A program made the position numbers and the translations under genes. Below the pieces are notes generated by a model that worked only from the letters and a program-made list of their open reading frames with translations, had not been told where the DNA came from and made no database searches. Shown piece after piece: positions 39,320 through 52,320 of a DNA stretch of 64,000 bases; positions within the stretch are counted from its first letter, which is position 1; each line of letters starts with the position of its first letter. Source of the DNA: an uncultured Acidobacteriota bacterium (lineage in GTDB: Bacteria; Acidobacteriota; Vicinamibacteria; Vicinamibacterales; CAVVIG01); contig CAVREM010000042.1 of assembly GCA_963720005.1 (NCBI GenBank), forward strand, positions 307,918 to 371,917, written 5' to 3'.

Positions 39320-40612
39320 ATGTCCACACTCGACACTCTTTCGACCGACGACCTCACGGCATTTCGCGACCAGGTTCAGAGCCGCTATGACGCGTTCAAG
39401 CGGCGGAGCCTCAAATTAGATCTCACACGCGGCAAGCCTTCCAGCGAACAGCTCGAGCTGTCGAACGGCCTGCTGTCGCTTCCCGGCGACGACTACCTGG
39501 CGGCCGACAAGACCGATACGCGGAATTACGGCGTGCCCCAGGGTCTGCCGGAACTGCGGGCGCTGTTAGCGCCGCTGTTTGGTGTCACGGCCGCGCAGGT
39601 CGTGCTCGGCAACAACTCGAGCCTCGCGCTCATGCACGACGTGATTGTGTATGCGCTGCTGCGCGGGACGGTCGGCAGCCCGCGTCCCTGGTCGAAGGAA
39701 TCGCGGGTGGCGTTTCTCTGCCCGGTGCCGGGCTACGACCGCCATTTCGCCATTTGCCAGGATTTCGGGATCGAGATGATACCGGTCGCCCTGGCAGACG
39801 ACGGACCCGACATGGAGGCGGTTGAACGCCTGGTCCGCGAGGACGCCGGCATCAAGGGCATGTGGTGCATCCCCAAGTACAGCAATCCGACGGGAACGGT
39901 GTACTCGGCCTCGACGATCGAACGTCTTGCGGCGATGCCCGCGGCGGCGCCCGATTTCCGGATTTTCTGGGACAACGCGTACGCCGTTCATCACCTCACC
40001 CCGGAGCGGATCGAGATTCCGAGCATGGTCGAGGCGTGCGCGCGTCACGGGCACCCGAACCGTGCGTTCGTCTTCGGATCGACGTCGAAGATCACGCTCG
40101 CCGGCGCAGGCGTGGCGCTCTTCGCAGGTTCCGCGGAAAACGTCGCCTGGTATCTCGGCCGGGTGGGCAAGCGGACGATCGGTTCCGACAAGGTGAACCA
40201 GCTGCGCCACGTGCGCTTCCTTCGCGACACCGACGGGCTGCTGGCGCTGATGGATCGGCACCGGGCGATCGTCGCGCCGAAATTCGCCTCGGTCATCGAG
40301 ACGTTCGAGCGCCATCTCGCCGGCACCGGTGTCGCGTCGTGGGTGGTGCCGCGCGGCGGATACTTCATCAGCCTCGACGTGATGGACGGATGCGCGAAGG
40401 AGGTCGTTCGGTTGGCGACGGAGGCGGGTGTCGCATTGACGCCGGCAGGGGCGACGTATCCGTTCGGGCGCGATCCCCGGGACCGCAACATCCGCATCGC
40501 GCCGACATTTCCCGACCTCGCCACGATCGCCACGGCTGCCGAAGGCGTCGCGCTCAGCGTGCTCCTCAGTGCAGCGACGGCGCTGCTTAAGCAGACGGCT
40601 ACACCCGCATAG
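39320..40612 (+). CDS. PLP-dependent aminotransferase (class I/II fold)
   Basis: Intact 430 aa with [25 protein letters not shown] and [17 protein letters not shown] (Lys-containing SxSK-type motif). Confidence 0.75.
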   Translation: MSTLDTLSTDDLTAFRDQVQSRYDAFKRRSLKLDLTRGKPSSEQLELSNGLLSLPGDDYLAADKTDTRNYGVPQGLPELRALLAPLFGVTAAQVVLGNNSSLALMHDVIVYALLRGTVGSPRPWSKESRVAFLCPVPGYDRHFAICQDFGIEMIPVALADDGPDMEAVERLVREDAGIKGMWCIPKYSNPTGTVYSASTIERLAAMPAAAPDFRIFWDNAYAVHHLTPERIEIPSMVEACARHGHPNRAFVFGSTSKITLAGAGVALFAGSAENVAWYLGRVGKRTIGSDKVNQLRHVRFLRDTDGLLALMDRHRAIVAPKFASVIETFERHLAGTGVASWVVPRGGYFISLDVMDGCAKEVVRLATEAGVALTPAGATYPFGRDPRDRNIRIAPTFPDLATIATAAEGVALSVLLSAATALLKQTATPA

Positions 40613-40725
40613 CGGATCACGCGGAGCCGTCGAAGCGGCCAGCAATCGCTCCAGCGCACGAACCGAACCTACGCGGACGGAGAACGAGAACCGCGAGGAG
40701 CGACAGTGTACAATCTCAGCCTCCA

Positions 40726-43261
40726 ATGACCGAGTACAAGCCGCAGCAGCTCGAGAAGAAGTGGCAGCAGCAGTGGACGTCCGCGAAGGCGTTCGAGGTC
40801 GACGTCGATCCGTCGCGCGAGAAGTTCTATTGCCTGGAGATGTTCGCCTATCCGTCAGGGCACGCGCACGTCGGGCACGTCCGCAACTACATCATCGGCG
40901 ACGTGATGGCGCGCACCAAGCGGATGCGCGGCTACAACGTCCTGCATCCGTTTGGCTGGGACGCCTTCGGGCTGCCGGCCGAGAACGCGGCGATCAAGAC
41001 CGGCACGCATCCGGAGACGTCGACCCTCGCCAACATCGCCCATATGAAGGGGCAGCTGCAGCGCCTCGGGATCAGCTACGCGTGGGATCGCGAGATCGCG
41101 ACCTGCCTGCCGGAGTACTACAAGTTCAACCAGTGGATCTTCCTGCGGATGTTCGAACGCGGGCTGGCCTACCGCAAGCGCTCGACGGTCAACTGGTGCG
41201 AGACCGACAAGACCGTCCTGGCCAACGAACAGGTGGTCGACGGCGCCTGCTGGCGGTGCGGCAACCCGGTGGTGACGCGCGAGCTCGAGCAGTGGTTCTT
41301 CCGCATCACGCAGTACGCCGACGAGCTGCTCGAGGGGCTGAACACGCTGCAGGAGTGGCCGGAGAAGGTCGTCGTGATGCAGCGGAACTGGATCGGACGC
41401 TCCGACGGCGCGCGCATCAAGTTCCCGGTCGCCGGCTCGGCCGATCACATCGAGATCTTCACGACGCGAATCGACACGATCTACGGCGCGACGTTCGTCC
41501 TGCTCGCACCCGAGCATCCGATGGTGGATGCGTTCGCCGCCGCGAGCCCGGATCCCGATGGCTTCCGCAAGCGCCTGTCGGCGTTCCGCGCCCTCGACCG
41601 CGAGGCGCGATTGACCGGCGCGATCGAAAAAGAAGGGTTCGACACCGGCAGGAAAGCGATCAATCCGTTCACCAACGAAGAGGTGCCGATCTGGATCGCG
41701 AATTTCGTCCTCGCCGAGTACGGCACCGGCGCCATCATGGCGGTGCCGGCCCACGACCAGCGCGACTTCGAGTTCGCCCGCAAGTACCAGCTGCCGATTC
41801 GGGTCGTGGTCGTGGCGGATCCCTCGAATCCGGCGGAGCGTGACGACGCGCGGCTCACGCAGGCGACGACGAATTACGGCACGCTCGTCGAGTCTGGCCC
41901 TTACTCGGGCCAGAAGGCGCCGGACGTGATCACGCGGATGATCCGTGATGCGGAAGGGCGCGGCATCGGGACAGGCGAAGTGCAATACCGCCTGAAGGAC
42001 TGGGGCATCTCACGTCAGCGTTACTGGGGCACGCCGATTCCGGTCGTGCATTGTTCGAAGGACGGCGTCGTCGGCGTGCCGTACGGCGAGCTTCCAGTCG
42101 AGCTGCCGAAGGTCGCCACATTCAGCGGGCGCGGCGACTCGCCGCTCGCCCAGGTCCCGGAGTTCGTGAACACCACGTGTCCGAAATGCGGCGGCCCGGC
42201 CCGCCGCGAAACCGACACGATGGATACGTTCGTCGATTCGTCGTGGTACTTCCTGCGATTCTGTGATCCGCGGAATGCGGAGCTGCCGTTCGATCCGGTC
42301 AAGGCGGCCTACTGGATGCCGGTCGATTTCTACAGCGGCGGCGTCGAACACGCCATCCTGCACCTGCTCTACTCGCGGTTCTTCACGCGCGTGCTCCGCG
42401 ACGAAGGGCTCGTGAACTTCGATGAGCCGTTCAAACGGCTGCTCACGCAGGGGATGGTGCTGAAGAACGGCGCCGTGATGTCGAAATCGAAGGGGAACGT
42501 CGTCGATCCCGACGACATGATCGGCAAATACGGCGCCGACGCCCTCCGGCTGTACGTGATGTTCGTGGCGCCCCCCGAGAAAGAGGTCGAGTGGAGCGAC
42601 GCCGGCCTCGAGGGCAGCTTCCGGTTCCTGTTGCGGGTGTGGCGGCTGGTCGATCACTGGGCCGAAACGATCGGCGGGGAAGGCGTCCCCGCCTGCGGCC
42701 CCGACTGCTCGGATGCCGAACGCGCGCTGCGCCGGAAGACGCACGACACGATCCGCCGCGTCACCGCTGATATCGAAGACCGGATGCACCTCAATACGGC
42801 CGTGTCGTCGCTGATGGAGCTGGTGAACGAGCTGTATTCGTTCAGCGACGGCACGCCGCACGGCGCGCCAAGCCGCGCCGAGCCGCCGGTCGCGCAGATC
42901 GAGCGCACCCAGACCATCGCCGTGCTGCGCGAGGCGATCGACGCGCTCGTGCTGATGATCGCGCCGTTCGCGCCGCACACCGCCGAGGAGCTCTGGCAGA
43001 TGGTCGGCCACCCGGAGTCGCTGGCCCAGGCGTCATGGCCGGCGTTCGACCCCGAGGTCGCCCGAGCCGAGGAGGTCGTGGTGCCGGTCCAAATCAACGG
43101 CAAGGTCCGCGCGCGCCTCACGGTTCCCGCCGGCCTGTCCGATGATCAACTCCAGGATCGCGCGCTCGAGGACCCGGCGGTCAAGACACATACGACAGGG
43201 AAAACGATTCGCAAAGTGGTGGTGGCGAAGGGGCCACTGGTCAGTGTCGTGGTGGGTATAG
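40726..43261 (+). CDS. leuS: Leucine--tRNA ligase (true stop probably TAG 43259-43261, reached after a 1-nt G-run error)
   Basis: Contains [14 protein letters not shown] and [10 protein letters not shown] (KMSKS). The family normally ends about ...GPLVSVVV. The track ORF continues to 43434 as Pro/Arg-rich nonsense. Confidence 0.9.
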
Positions 43262-43316
43262 CGACGCCTCTGCGCTCTGCGCCTCTGCGTCCTCTGCTCC
43301 CTCTGCGTCCTCGGCG
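43262..43316. repeat. CCTCTGCG-word tandem repeat at the leuS/lptE junction
   Basis: The sequence is cgacgcctctgcgctctgcgcctctgcgtcctctgctccctctgcgtcctcgg. In one frame it reads [18 protein letters not shown], which looks like a signal peptide. Confidence 0.6.
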
Positions 43317-43805
43317 ATCGGATGCGGCTACTCGCTCGCCGGCCGCGGCTCCTTTCTCCCCGCGAACATTGCGACCATCGGCATCCCGGTCTTCGCGAAC
43401 CGGACCAACATCTTCAACCTGGAAACGCAGCTGACCCAGGAGGTGCGCTCCGAGTTCATCGGGCGCGGCCGGTACCGGATTCTGCCGGAGGCCGGGTCGG
43501 GCGTCGACGCCGTCCTCACTGGAGAGGTGACGGCGGTCACGATCCAGCCGGCAAGCTTCAACACGCAGCAGCTTGCCACCCGCTACGTGATCATGATGTC
43601 GGCGCGTGTGCAGCTGCGCGAGGTGGCCGGAGACAAGGTTCTCTGGGAGAATCCGAACTTGATGTTCCGCCAGGAATTCGACTCGCAGAACACCGCCAAC
43701 CCGCTCGATCCCGCGGCCTTCTTCGGCCAGGATCGCAACGCCATGGACCGCATGAGCACTGACTTCGCCAGGACGATTGTCAGTGCGATATTGGAGGCAT
43801 TCTGA
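43262..43805 (+). CDS. lptE: LPS-assembly lipoprotein LptE (start and frame of the signal peptide unresolved)
   Basis: The mature part reads [52 protein letters not shown]...[15 protein letters not shown] in frame 0. It sits in the canonical position after leuS. Confidence 0.7.
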
Positions 43806-43806
43806 A

Positions 43807-43857
43807 GAATTCACAATTGTAAATTTACAATTCGTAAATTTCAGATCTCGAGATCTC
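43807..43857. promoter_or_regulatory. AT-rich spacer with two perfect palindromes immediately upstream of holA
   Basis: AATTGTAAATTTACAATT (18 bp) lies at 43815-43832. AGATCTCGAGATCT (14 bp) lies at 43843-43856 and ends 1 nt before the ATG at 43858. Confidence 0.45.
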
Positions 43858-44815
43858 ATGCCCACACCGTCGGCCGTTCTCGAGCAGATCAAGTCGGCCA
43901 CCCCCGCTCCCATCTACCTCCTGTTCGGCGAGGACGACGTCGAGAAGGCGGCGCTGGCCCACGATTTCGAGGATCTGGTCGAAGAGGGGCTTCGGGCGTT
44001 CAACGTCGAGCGCCTGCATGCCGGCGACTGGACGACTGGCGATCGGCTGGCTGCTGGAGTCGCGGGGCTGGTGGCGGCCGTGCGCACGCTGCCAATGATG
44101 GTGCCGCGCCGCGTCGTGGTGCTCCTGCAGGCCGATGCGGTCCTGATGCCGAAGCGCGAGAGCGAGGCCGCCTCGCGCGCCCTCGAGGAGCTCGAACGCC
44201 TGATCGGCTCACCCCCGGCAGAGACGACGCTCGTCATCGTCGCCGGGTCGGTCGACAAACGCGGCCGCGTGTTCAAGCTGCTCTCGAAGCACGCGGCGCT
44301 GGTGGAGTGCGGTGTCCTCGAAACCGTGGCCGACGCCGAACGATGGATCAAAAACCAGGTGGCCGCGTCCGGCATCGCGATGGCCCCGGCCGGCGCGCGC
44401 CTGCTGGCCGAACGATGCGGGCCTGACGTCAAGCGGCTGCGCAACGACGTCGAGCGCCTGCTGCTCTACGCGATGGGCCAGAAGACGATCGAGCTGGACG
44501 ACGTCCGGGAGATCGTCGGCCCGGCGGCGCTGCAGGACGACTGGGCCATGACGAATGCCATCGAGGCGGGTGACGGCGCCGACCGCGCTGCGGCAACTGG
44601 CGCTCATGCTCGACGCCGGTCTGCCGCCGGAAAAAGTGCTGGGACAGCTTGGCTGGATGGTTCGGGCCAAGTTTCCGCAGGTCGCGCCGGGCCGGCTGAG
44701 GAAGTCGGTCGAGGCCGTCTTTCGCACGGACGTCGACCTGAAGCGGACCGCCGGCGATCCGCGCGTGCTGCTGGAACGGCTGGTGGTGGAGTTGTGCGAG
44801 AGGCGCCGGGCCTGA
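43858..44815 (+). CDS. holA: DNA polymerase III delta subunit (frame broken at about 44575)
   Basis: MPTPSAVLEQIKSATPAPIYLLFGEDDVEKAAL... is followed by the C-terminal piece ALRQLALMLDAGLPPEKVLGQLGWMVRAKF...DLKRTAGDPRVLLERLVVELC in a second frame. Confidence 0.8.
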
Positions 44816-44878
44816 AGGCCCGGCCTACGTACGTAGGCCCGGCTGCGGCCGGCGAACTGGCGGGGCGAGCCCGCCCTA
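44804..44878. repeat. REP-like GC hairpins (the holA stop codon lies in a hairpin loop)
   Basis: The sequence contains GCCGGGCC-TGAA-GGCCCGGCCTAC, then GTACGTAGGCCCGGC..., then GGCGGGGCGAGCCCGCCCTAC. Confidence 0.6.
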
Positions 44879-45145
44879 CGCCGCCTTCGACCTGGCGATC
44901 CTCGTCGTCAGCCGCGACTTATACCGTCCCGCAGCGTTCTTGTGGATGATCCCCTTGCTGGCCATCCGGTCGATGAGCGAGATCGTGTCCTTGAGTGCCG
45001 ACCGTACGGCCGACAGGTCGTTGCCGTCGATCGCCGCGCGGATGCTCTTGAGGGCGTTGCGCAGCCGGGCGCGGAACTGCCGGTTGTGCTCGCGGTTCTT
45101 CAGGCTCTGCCGGTGCGCTTTCAGCGCCGATGCATGACTTGCCAC
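44876..45145 (-). CDS. rpsT: 30S ribosomal protein S20
   Basis: GTG start with GGAGGA upstream. MASHASALKAHRQSLKNREHNRQFRARLRNALKSIR... is present. Confidence 0.9.
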   Translation of the reverse strand: MASHASALKAHRQSLKNREHNRQFRARLRNALKSIRAAIDGNDLSAVRSALKDTISLIDRMASKGIIHKNAAGRYKSRLTTRIARSKAA

Positions 45146-45180
45146 GTAATTCGTCTCCTCCGGAAACGCTAATCATACCA

Positions 45181-45426
45181 TCCGCCTTCGCCCTGTCCTA
45201 TCGCGTGGGCTTCGGCGGACAAGTCCGCCTTCGCCCTGTCCTATCGCGTGGGCTTTGGCGGACAAGTCCGCCTTCGCCCTGTCCTATCACGTGGGCTTTG
45301 GCGGACAAGTCCGCCTTCGCCCTGTCCTATCGCGTGGGCTTTGGCGGACAAGTCCGCCTTCGCCCTGTCCTATCGCGTGGGCTTCGGCGGACAAGTCCGC
45401 CTTCGCCCTGTCCTATCGCGTGGGCT
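45181..45426. repeat. Tandem array 1: 43-bp unit x about 5.7
   Basis: The unit is tccgccttcgccctgtcctatcgcgtgggcttcggcggacaag, starting at 45181, 45224, 45267, 45310, 45353 and 45396. Copies are more than 95% identical. Each junction forms GGCGGA-CAAG-TCCGCC. Confidence 0.95.
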
Positions 45427-45481
45427 GTAGGCCGGGCCTCTCAGGCCCGGCATTGCGGCGGACCTAAAAGGTCCGTCCTAC
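45427..45481. repeat. Two REP-like hairpins separating arrays 1 and 2
   Basis: The hairpins are GTAGGCCGGGCC-TCTCA-GGCCCGGC and GGCGGACC-TAAAA-GGTCCGTCCTAC. Confidence 0.8.
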
Positions 45482-45526
45482 ATCAGGCGCCTCGCGCGAG
45501 AGCGGAGGCGGGGCGGCTTGCCGCGC

Positions 45527-45660
45527 CGTAGCTCGCTCCCGATGGCAGGCGAGCGAAGGCGGGGGGCTTCCCACGTAGACGCTCCCGATGGTAGGCGAGC
45601 GAAGGCGGGGGCTCGCCCCCCGTAGCTCGCTCCCGATGGTAGGCGAGCGAAGGCTGGGGA
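45527..45660. repeat. Tandem array 2: about 47-bp unit x 3
   Basis: The unit cgtagctcgctcccgatggtaggcgagcgaaggcgggggc... starts at 45527, 45574 and 45621. Each unit has an internal hairpin GCTCGC-N12-GCGAGC. Confidence 0.85.
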
Positions 45661-45663
45661 CAT

Positions 45664-45831
45664 CCACCTTCGCGCTTCACGCTAGTCGGTGGACAAGCCC
45701 ACCACCGCGCTTCACGCTTCGGCGGACAAGCCCACCTTCGCGCTTCACGCTTCGGTGGACAAGCCCACCTCCGCGCTTCGCGCTACGGCGGACAAGCCCA
45801 CCTTCGCGTTTCACGCTACGGTGGACAAGCC
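45664..45831. repeat. Tandem array 3: 33-bp unit x 5, abutting the padR ATG
   Basis: The unit ccaccttcgcgcttcacgcttcggtggacaagc starts at 45664, 45699, 45732, 45765 and 45798. Junction hairpins GGTGG-ACAAGC-CCACC form between units. The last unit ends at 45831. Confidence 0.9.
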
Positions 45832-46179
45832 ATGACCAGACGATCCAGCGGCGACCGCCTCGAGTTGGTGCAAGGCACCCTCGACATGCTGATTCTGCGA
45901 ACCCTTCAATCCGGGTCCCAGCACGGATACGGGATCAGTCAGGCGATCCGGGCGCAGTCGGCCGAGGTGCTTCAGGTCGAGACCGGTTCGCTCTACCCGG
46001 CGCTCCACCGGTTGGAGGAACGCGGGTGGGTGAAATCCGAGTGGGGGCAAAGCGACGCCAACCAGCGCGCCAAATACTACCGGCTCACCGCTGAAGGGAA
46101 GCGGCAGTTGCTCCGCGAACGCGATCGCTGGAGCCAGCTCGTTGGGGCGGTCGCGCGGATTATGAAGGAGCAGGAATGA
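45832..46179 (+). CDS. PadR-family transcriptional regulator (second copy)
   Basis: The sequence reads [58 protein letters not shown]. Confidence 0.85.
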   Translation: MTRRSSGDRLELVQGTLDMLILRTLQSGSQHGYGISQAIRAQSAEVLQVETGSLYPALHRLEERGWVKSEWGQSDANQRAKYYRLTAEGKRQLLRERDRWSQLVGAVARIMKEQE

Positions 46180-48834
46180 CTCCCTGGCAGCGGCTCTTTC
46201 AACGAGGCCGGCGCGATGTCGATCTCCGCGAGGAAATCGACGCTCATCTCGCCATGGACGTGCGTGTTCGGATCCAGGCGGGCGACGACCCGGAATCCGC
46301 CCGGCGGGCCGCGGTCAAGGACTTCGGCAACGTCATGCTGACAAGAGAAGCCACGCGACGAAGCTGGAAAGGCGAGCGGCTCGTCGAGGCGTTTGCCGAT
46401 CTGGCACGCGACATCGCCTATGCGGTGCGGCTGCTGAGACGAACCCCTGGCTTCGCCCTCGTCGTCATTGCCGTGCTCGGGATCGGCGTTGGCGCGAACG
46501 CCGCGGTGTTCAGCCTGTTCAAGGGAGTCGTTCTGCGGCCGCTGCCAGGCGTGGACGATGCGAACGGACTCGGCGTGGTCATCACAAGGACCACCGGCGG
46601 TCGGATCATGCCGTTGACTCACCCCGACTTCGAATACATCCGCGATCACGACCAGGTATTTACGTCGCTTGCCGCGTCGAGCAATCAGCGGCTCAGCATC
46701 GCAGCCGATGGACGAACCGAACGGGTCTGGACCGAGATAGTGAGCGGGCGGTACTTCGAGACCCTGGGCGTCAATGCTGAGCTCGGTCGTGTGCTCGATC
46801 CGGGTGACGACGTCGCACCGGGCGGACATCCGGTCGCGGTCATCAGCGACGGGCTGTGGCGGCGGATGTTCAGCGCCGACCAGCAGATTGTCGGCCGAAC
46901 GGTTCGCATCAACACCCAGACGTTCACCATCGTCGGCGTCGCGGAACGGGGTTTCCGGGGCTCGATCGTCAGCATGGTGGTCGACCTGTTCGTGCCGCTG
47001 ATGATGCAGCCGCAAGTCGCCCCGCCGGGCCAGCTGAATCGTCGCGAGGCGTCGATGCTGATGGTGCTTGGACGCCTCAAGCCCGGGACGCCGCTGGCGA
47101 CGGCAGCCGCGCAGACCGAGGTGCTTGCCGCCCAGCTCGCGGCCGAATTTCCGATGCCCGAATTCTCCTCTCGCGGGACGGTGATTCCGCTGTGGCGGTC
47201 ACCATTTGGCGCACAGACTTACCTGCTGCCAGCGGTCGGGCTGCTCGGCGCGATGGGAGTCCTCGTGCTGGTCGTGGTGTGCGCCAACCTCGCCAACCTC
47301 GTGTTCGTTCGCGGATTGTCGCGCCAGACCGAGATTGCCATGCGCCTGGCGCTTGGCGCCAGCCGCCTCCGAGTGCTGCGCCTGCTCTTCATCGAGAACG
47401 TGGCACTGGCCCTTCCCGGTGCGGCAATCGGCTTGGGTGTCTCGACGTGGCTCCTGGCGATGATCAGTTTCAACGACCCCGGCGGGGCCGCTCCCGCGGC
47501 CACGGAGCTCGACCTGAGCCTCGACGGGCTTGTCATCGGCTTCGCCATCGGCGCGGCCTGCGTCAGCACCCTGCTGTTCGGACTCTGGCCGTCGATCCGC
47601 AGCTCGCGGCTGGACTTGATTGCGGTCATCAAGCAGGACGGGTCATCGCCGGCCACGTCGCGGGCGCGGCTGCGTGGAGCACTCGTCGCAGCGGAAATCG
47701 CGGTGGCGCTGGTGCTGCTCATCAGCGCGGGGCTCGTCGTCCGCACTGTTCGTGCCATGGAGACAGCCGACGTCGGGTTCGATCCGCGGGATGTCGTCTC
47801 GGTTCAGCTCGACGTCAAGCCGGATGGTTATGACGACGCGCGCGGCCGCGTCCTGTACGAGCAGCTGACCGACTCGTTGCGGCGCCAGCCTGGTATCGAA
47901 GCAGCGGCCGTGGCGGCGTACCCGCCGCTTCGGCTCGTGCCGGGCGGCGACGTCAGGCGGATCACGATCGAAGGGTATGTCGCGCGCGACAACGAAGACC
48001 TCAGCTTCCAGTCCAACGTGGTCGGCCCCTCGTATTTCACGACGCTGCGCATCCCGATGCGGGCGGGCCGTGAATTCGACGAGCGCGACACACAGGACGC
48101 CCCGCTTGCCGCGATCGTCAACGAGACGATGGCGCGCCGGTTCTGGGACAGCCCGGCGAACGCCATCGGCAAGCGATTTCAATCGGGACGCGGCTGGTGG
48201 ACGATCGTCGGCGTCGCCGCTGATATCAAGTATTTCACCGTCAATGAATCTCCTCGACCGTTCCTTTACGCAGCGCTTGCCCAGAACTATCGATCGGAGA
48301 TGATGGTGCACGCGCGGGCCGTGGCCGGATCGCGCAACCTCGTGGAGTTGGGCCGCCGCACCATCTCCGCTCACGACCCGACGCTCACACTGCTGCAGGT
48401 GGCGACGTTGGCCGACCAGGTCAAGACTGGGATGGGCATCCAGCAACTTGCCGGGCTGGGTCTGACGGCTTTCGGTGGCCTCGCGATCGGGCTGGCGGCG
48501 CTGGGCCTGTTCGGGCTCGTTTCCTATACGGTCAAACAAAGCACCCGCGAGATTGGCATCCGGATCGCGCTCGGCGCGTCGCGCACGTCGGTCGTCGGAC
48601 GATTCCTGATGCACGGCGTGAGGCTCGCGTCAATCGGCGCCGTGGCTGGCATGGCGATCGCTGCGCTCTCGACGCGCTTCATGTCGTGCGTTGCTGTACG
48701 GGGTAGGAGCGCTCGACGCCGTGACCTTCGCGGGCGCCGCAGCCGTCGTGATCGCGATCGCCTCCCTATCAGCGGGGTTCGCCGCATCACGCGCGGCCGC
48801 CGTCCAGCCGACAGTCGCTCTTCGACGGAACTGA
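46176..48834 (+). CDS. Duplicated FtsX/MacB-type permease, ADOP-family-like (second copy; frame broken at about 48690)
   Basis: The ATGA overlap with padR is present. MTPWQRLFQRGRRDVDLREEIDAHLAMDV... begins the protein. The true C-terminus LLYGVGALDAVTFAGAAAVVIAIASLSAGFAASRAAAVQPTVALRRN* is in a shifted frame and ends at 48834. Confidence 0.8.
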
Positions 48835-48873
48835 CTACCGACTACTGACTACCGACTACCGACTACCGACTAC
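48835..48873. repeat. CGACTAC-word tandem repeat between convergent genes
   Basis: The sequence is ctaccgactactgactaccgactaccgactaccgactac, the reverse-complement word of 20278-20318. Confidence 0.8.
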
Positions 48874-49541
48874 TGGGGCTTCTTGTCGGTGTATTTCGGG
48901 ATGACGCGCCCGTCGGCGGTCACATCGGAGCCGCGGTAAATCTGAGCGGCCGGCTTGGCAGGCGCGCCGGCGATCTGGTTGATCTTGGTGACGTAGTTGC
49001 GGGTTTCGCGGTACGGCGGCACTTTCTCGCCGTACTTGGCCACCGCGACCGGGCCCGCGTTGTAGGCCGCGAGCGCGAGCACTTCGTCGTTGTTGTAGCG
49101 ATCGAGTAATTGCCGCAGGTACCTGACGCCGGCGCGAATGTTCTCGATCGGGTTGAAGGGGTTCAGCACGCCCAGCGCCTGCGACGTCGCCGGCATCAAC
49201 TGCATCAACCCTTGCGCGCCCTTGGGCGACACCGCGTAGGGATTGAACGCCGATTCCACCTGCACGACGGCGCGTACCAGATCGGGCCGGATGTTGTGCA
49301 TCCGCGAGTGCTCGACGATCACCTCGTCGTAGAGCCGCCCACGCTCGGCCGGCGCGGAGCGCGTCGCGCGTACGGCATCGGTCTTCGGGACCGCGTACGA
49401 GATGACGGGCGCAGCCCCTTCGCGCGGCTTGTTCGACAGCACCAGCGTGCCGGTGTCGTCCCGCCACGAATAGATCTGCGCCTGAGCTGGCACGGCCGCC
49501 GCGACCAGGGCCGCCGCGACCAACGCACGGATGAGCAACAT
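48870..49541 (-). CDS. Lytic transglycosylase (SLT domain) with signal peptide
   Basis: Start MLLIRALVAAALVAAAVPAQA at 49541. VVQVESAFNPYAVSPKGAQGLMQLMP and AAYNAGPVAV are present. Confidence 0.85.
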   Translation of the reverse strand: MLLIRALVAAALVAAAVPAQAQIYSWRDDTGTLVLSNKPREGAAPVISYAVPKTDAVRATRSAPAERGRLYDEVIVEHSRMHNIRPDLVRAVVQVESAFNPYAVSPKGAQGLMQLMPATSQALGVLNPFNPIENIRAGVRYLRQLLDRYNNDEVLALAAYNAGPVAVAKYGEKVPPYRETRNYVTKINQIAGAPAKPAAQIYRGSDVTADGRVIPKYTDKKPQ

Positions 49542-49631
49542 GTGCTTCCAGCTCAACAGTTTACACCCCGACCGTAAGGTCGGACAATCCACAGATGTGT
49601 TATCGGTCCTAAACCGTTGAGGGAGTAGGGG

Positions 49632-52320
<2,689 letters not shown>

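Noticed and set aside
43261-43434. C-terminal extension of LeuS ([27 protein letters not shown]...).
   Set aside because: It is a low-complexity read-through that overlaps the lptE coding region in another frame, and a one-base correction restores a normal LeuS end.
45181-45831. Possible CRISPR array (regular repeats containing small hairpins).
   Set aside because: Whole units, including the would-be spacers, are near-identical, so there are no unique spacers. Three different periods (43, 47 and 33 bp) sit side by side, and no cas genes are present in the window.
45130-46094. Track ORFs reading through the tandem arrays (45130-45531, 45248-45430, 45255-45467, 45464-45680 minus, 45588-46094).
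   Set aside because: Their peptides are just the repeat read in rotating frames, because the 43- and 47-bp periods are not multiples of 3. The 45588 ORF runs out of frame across the real padR gene.
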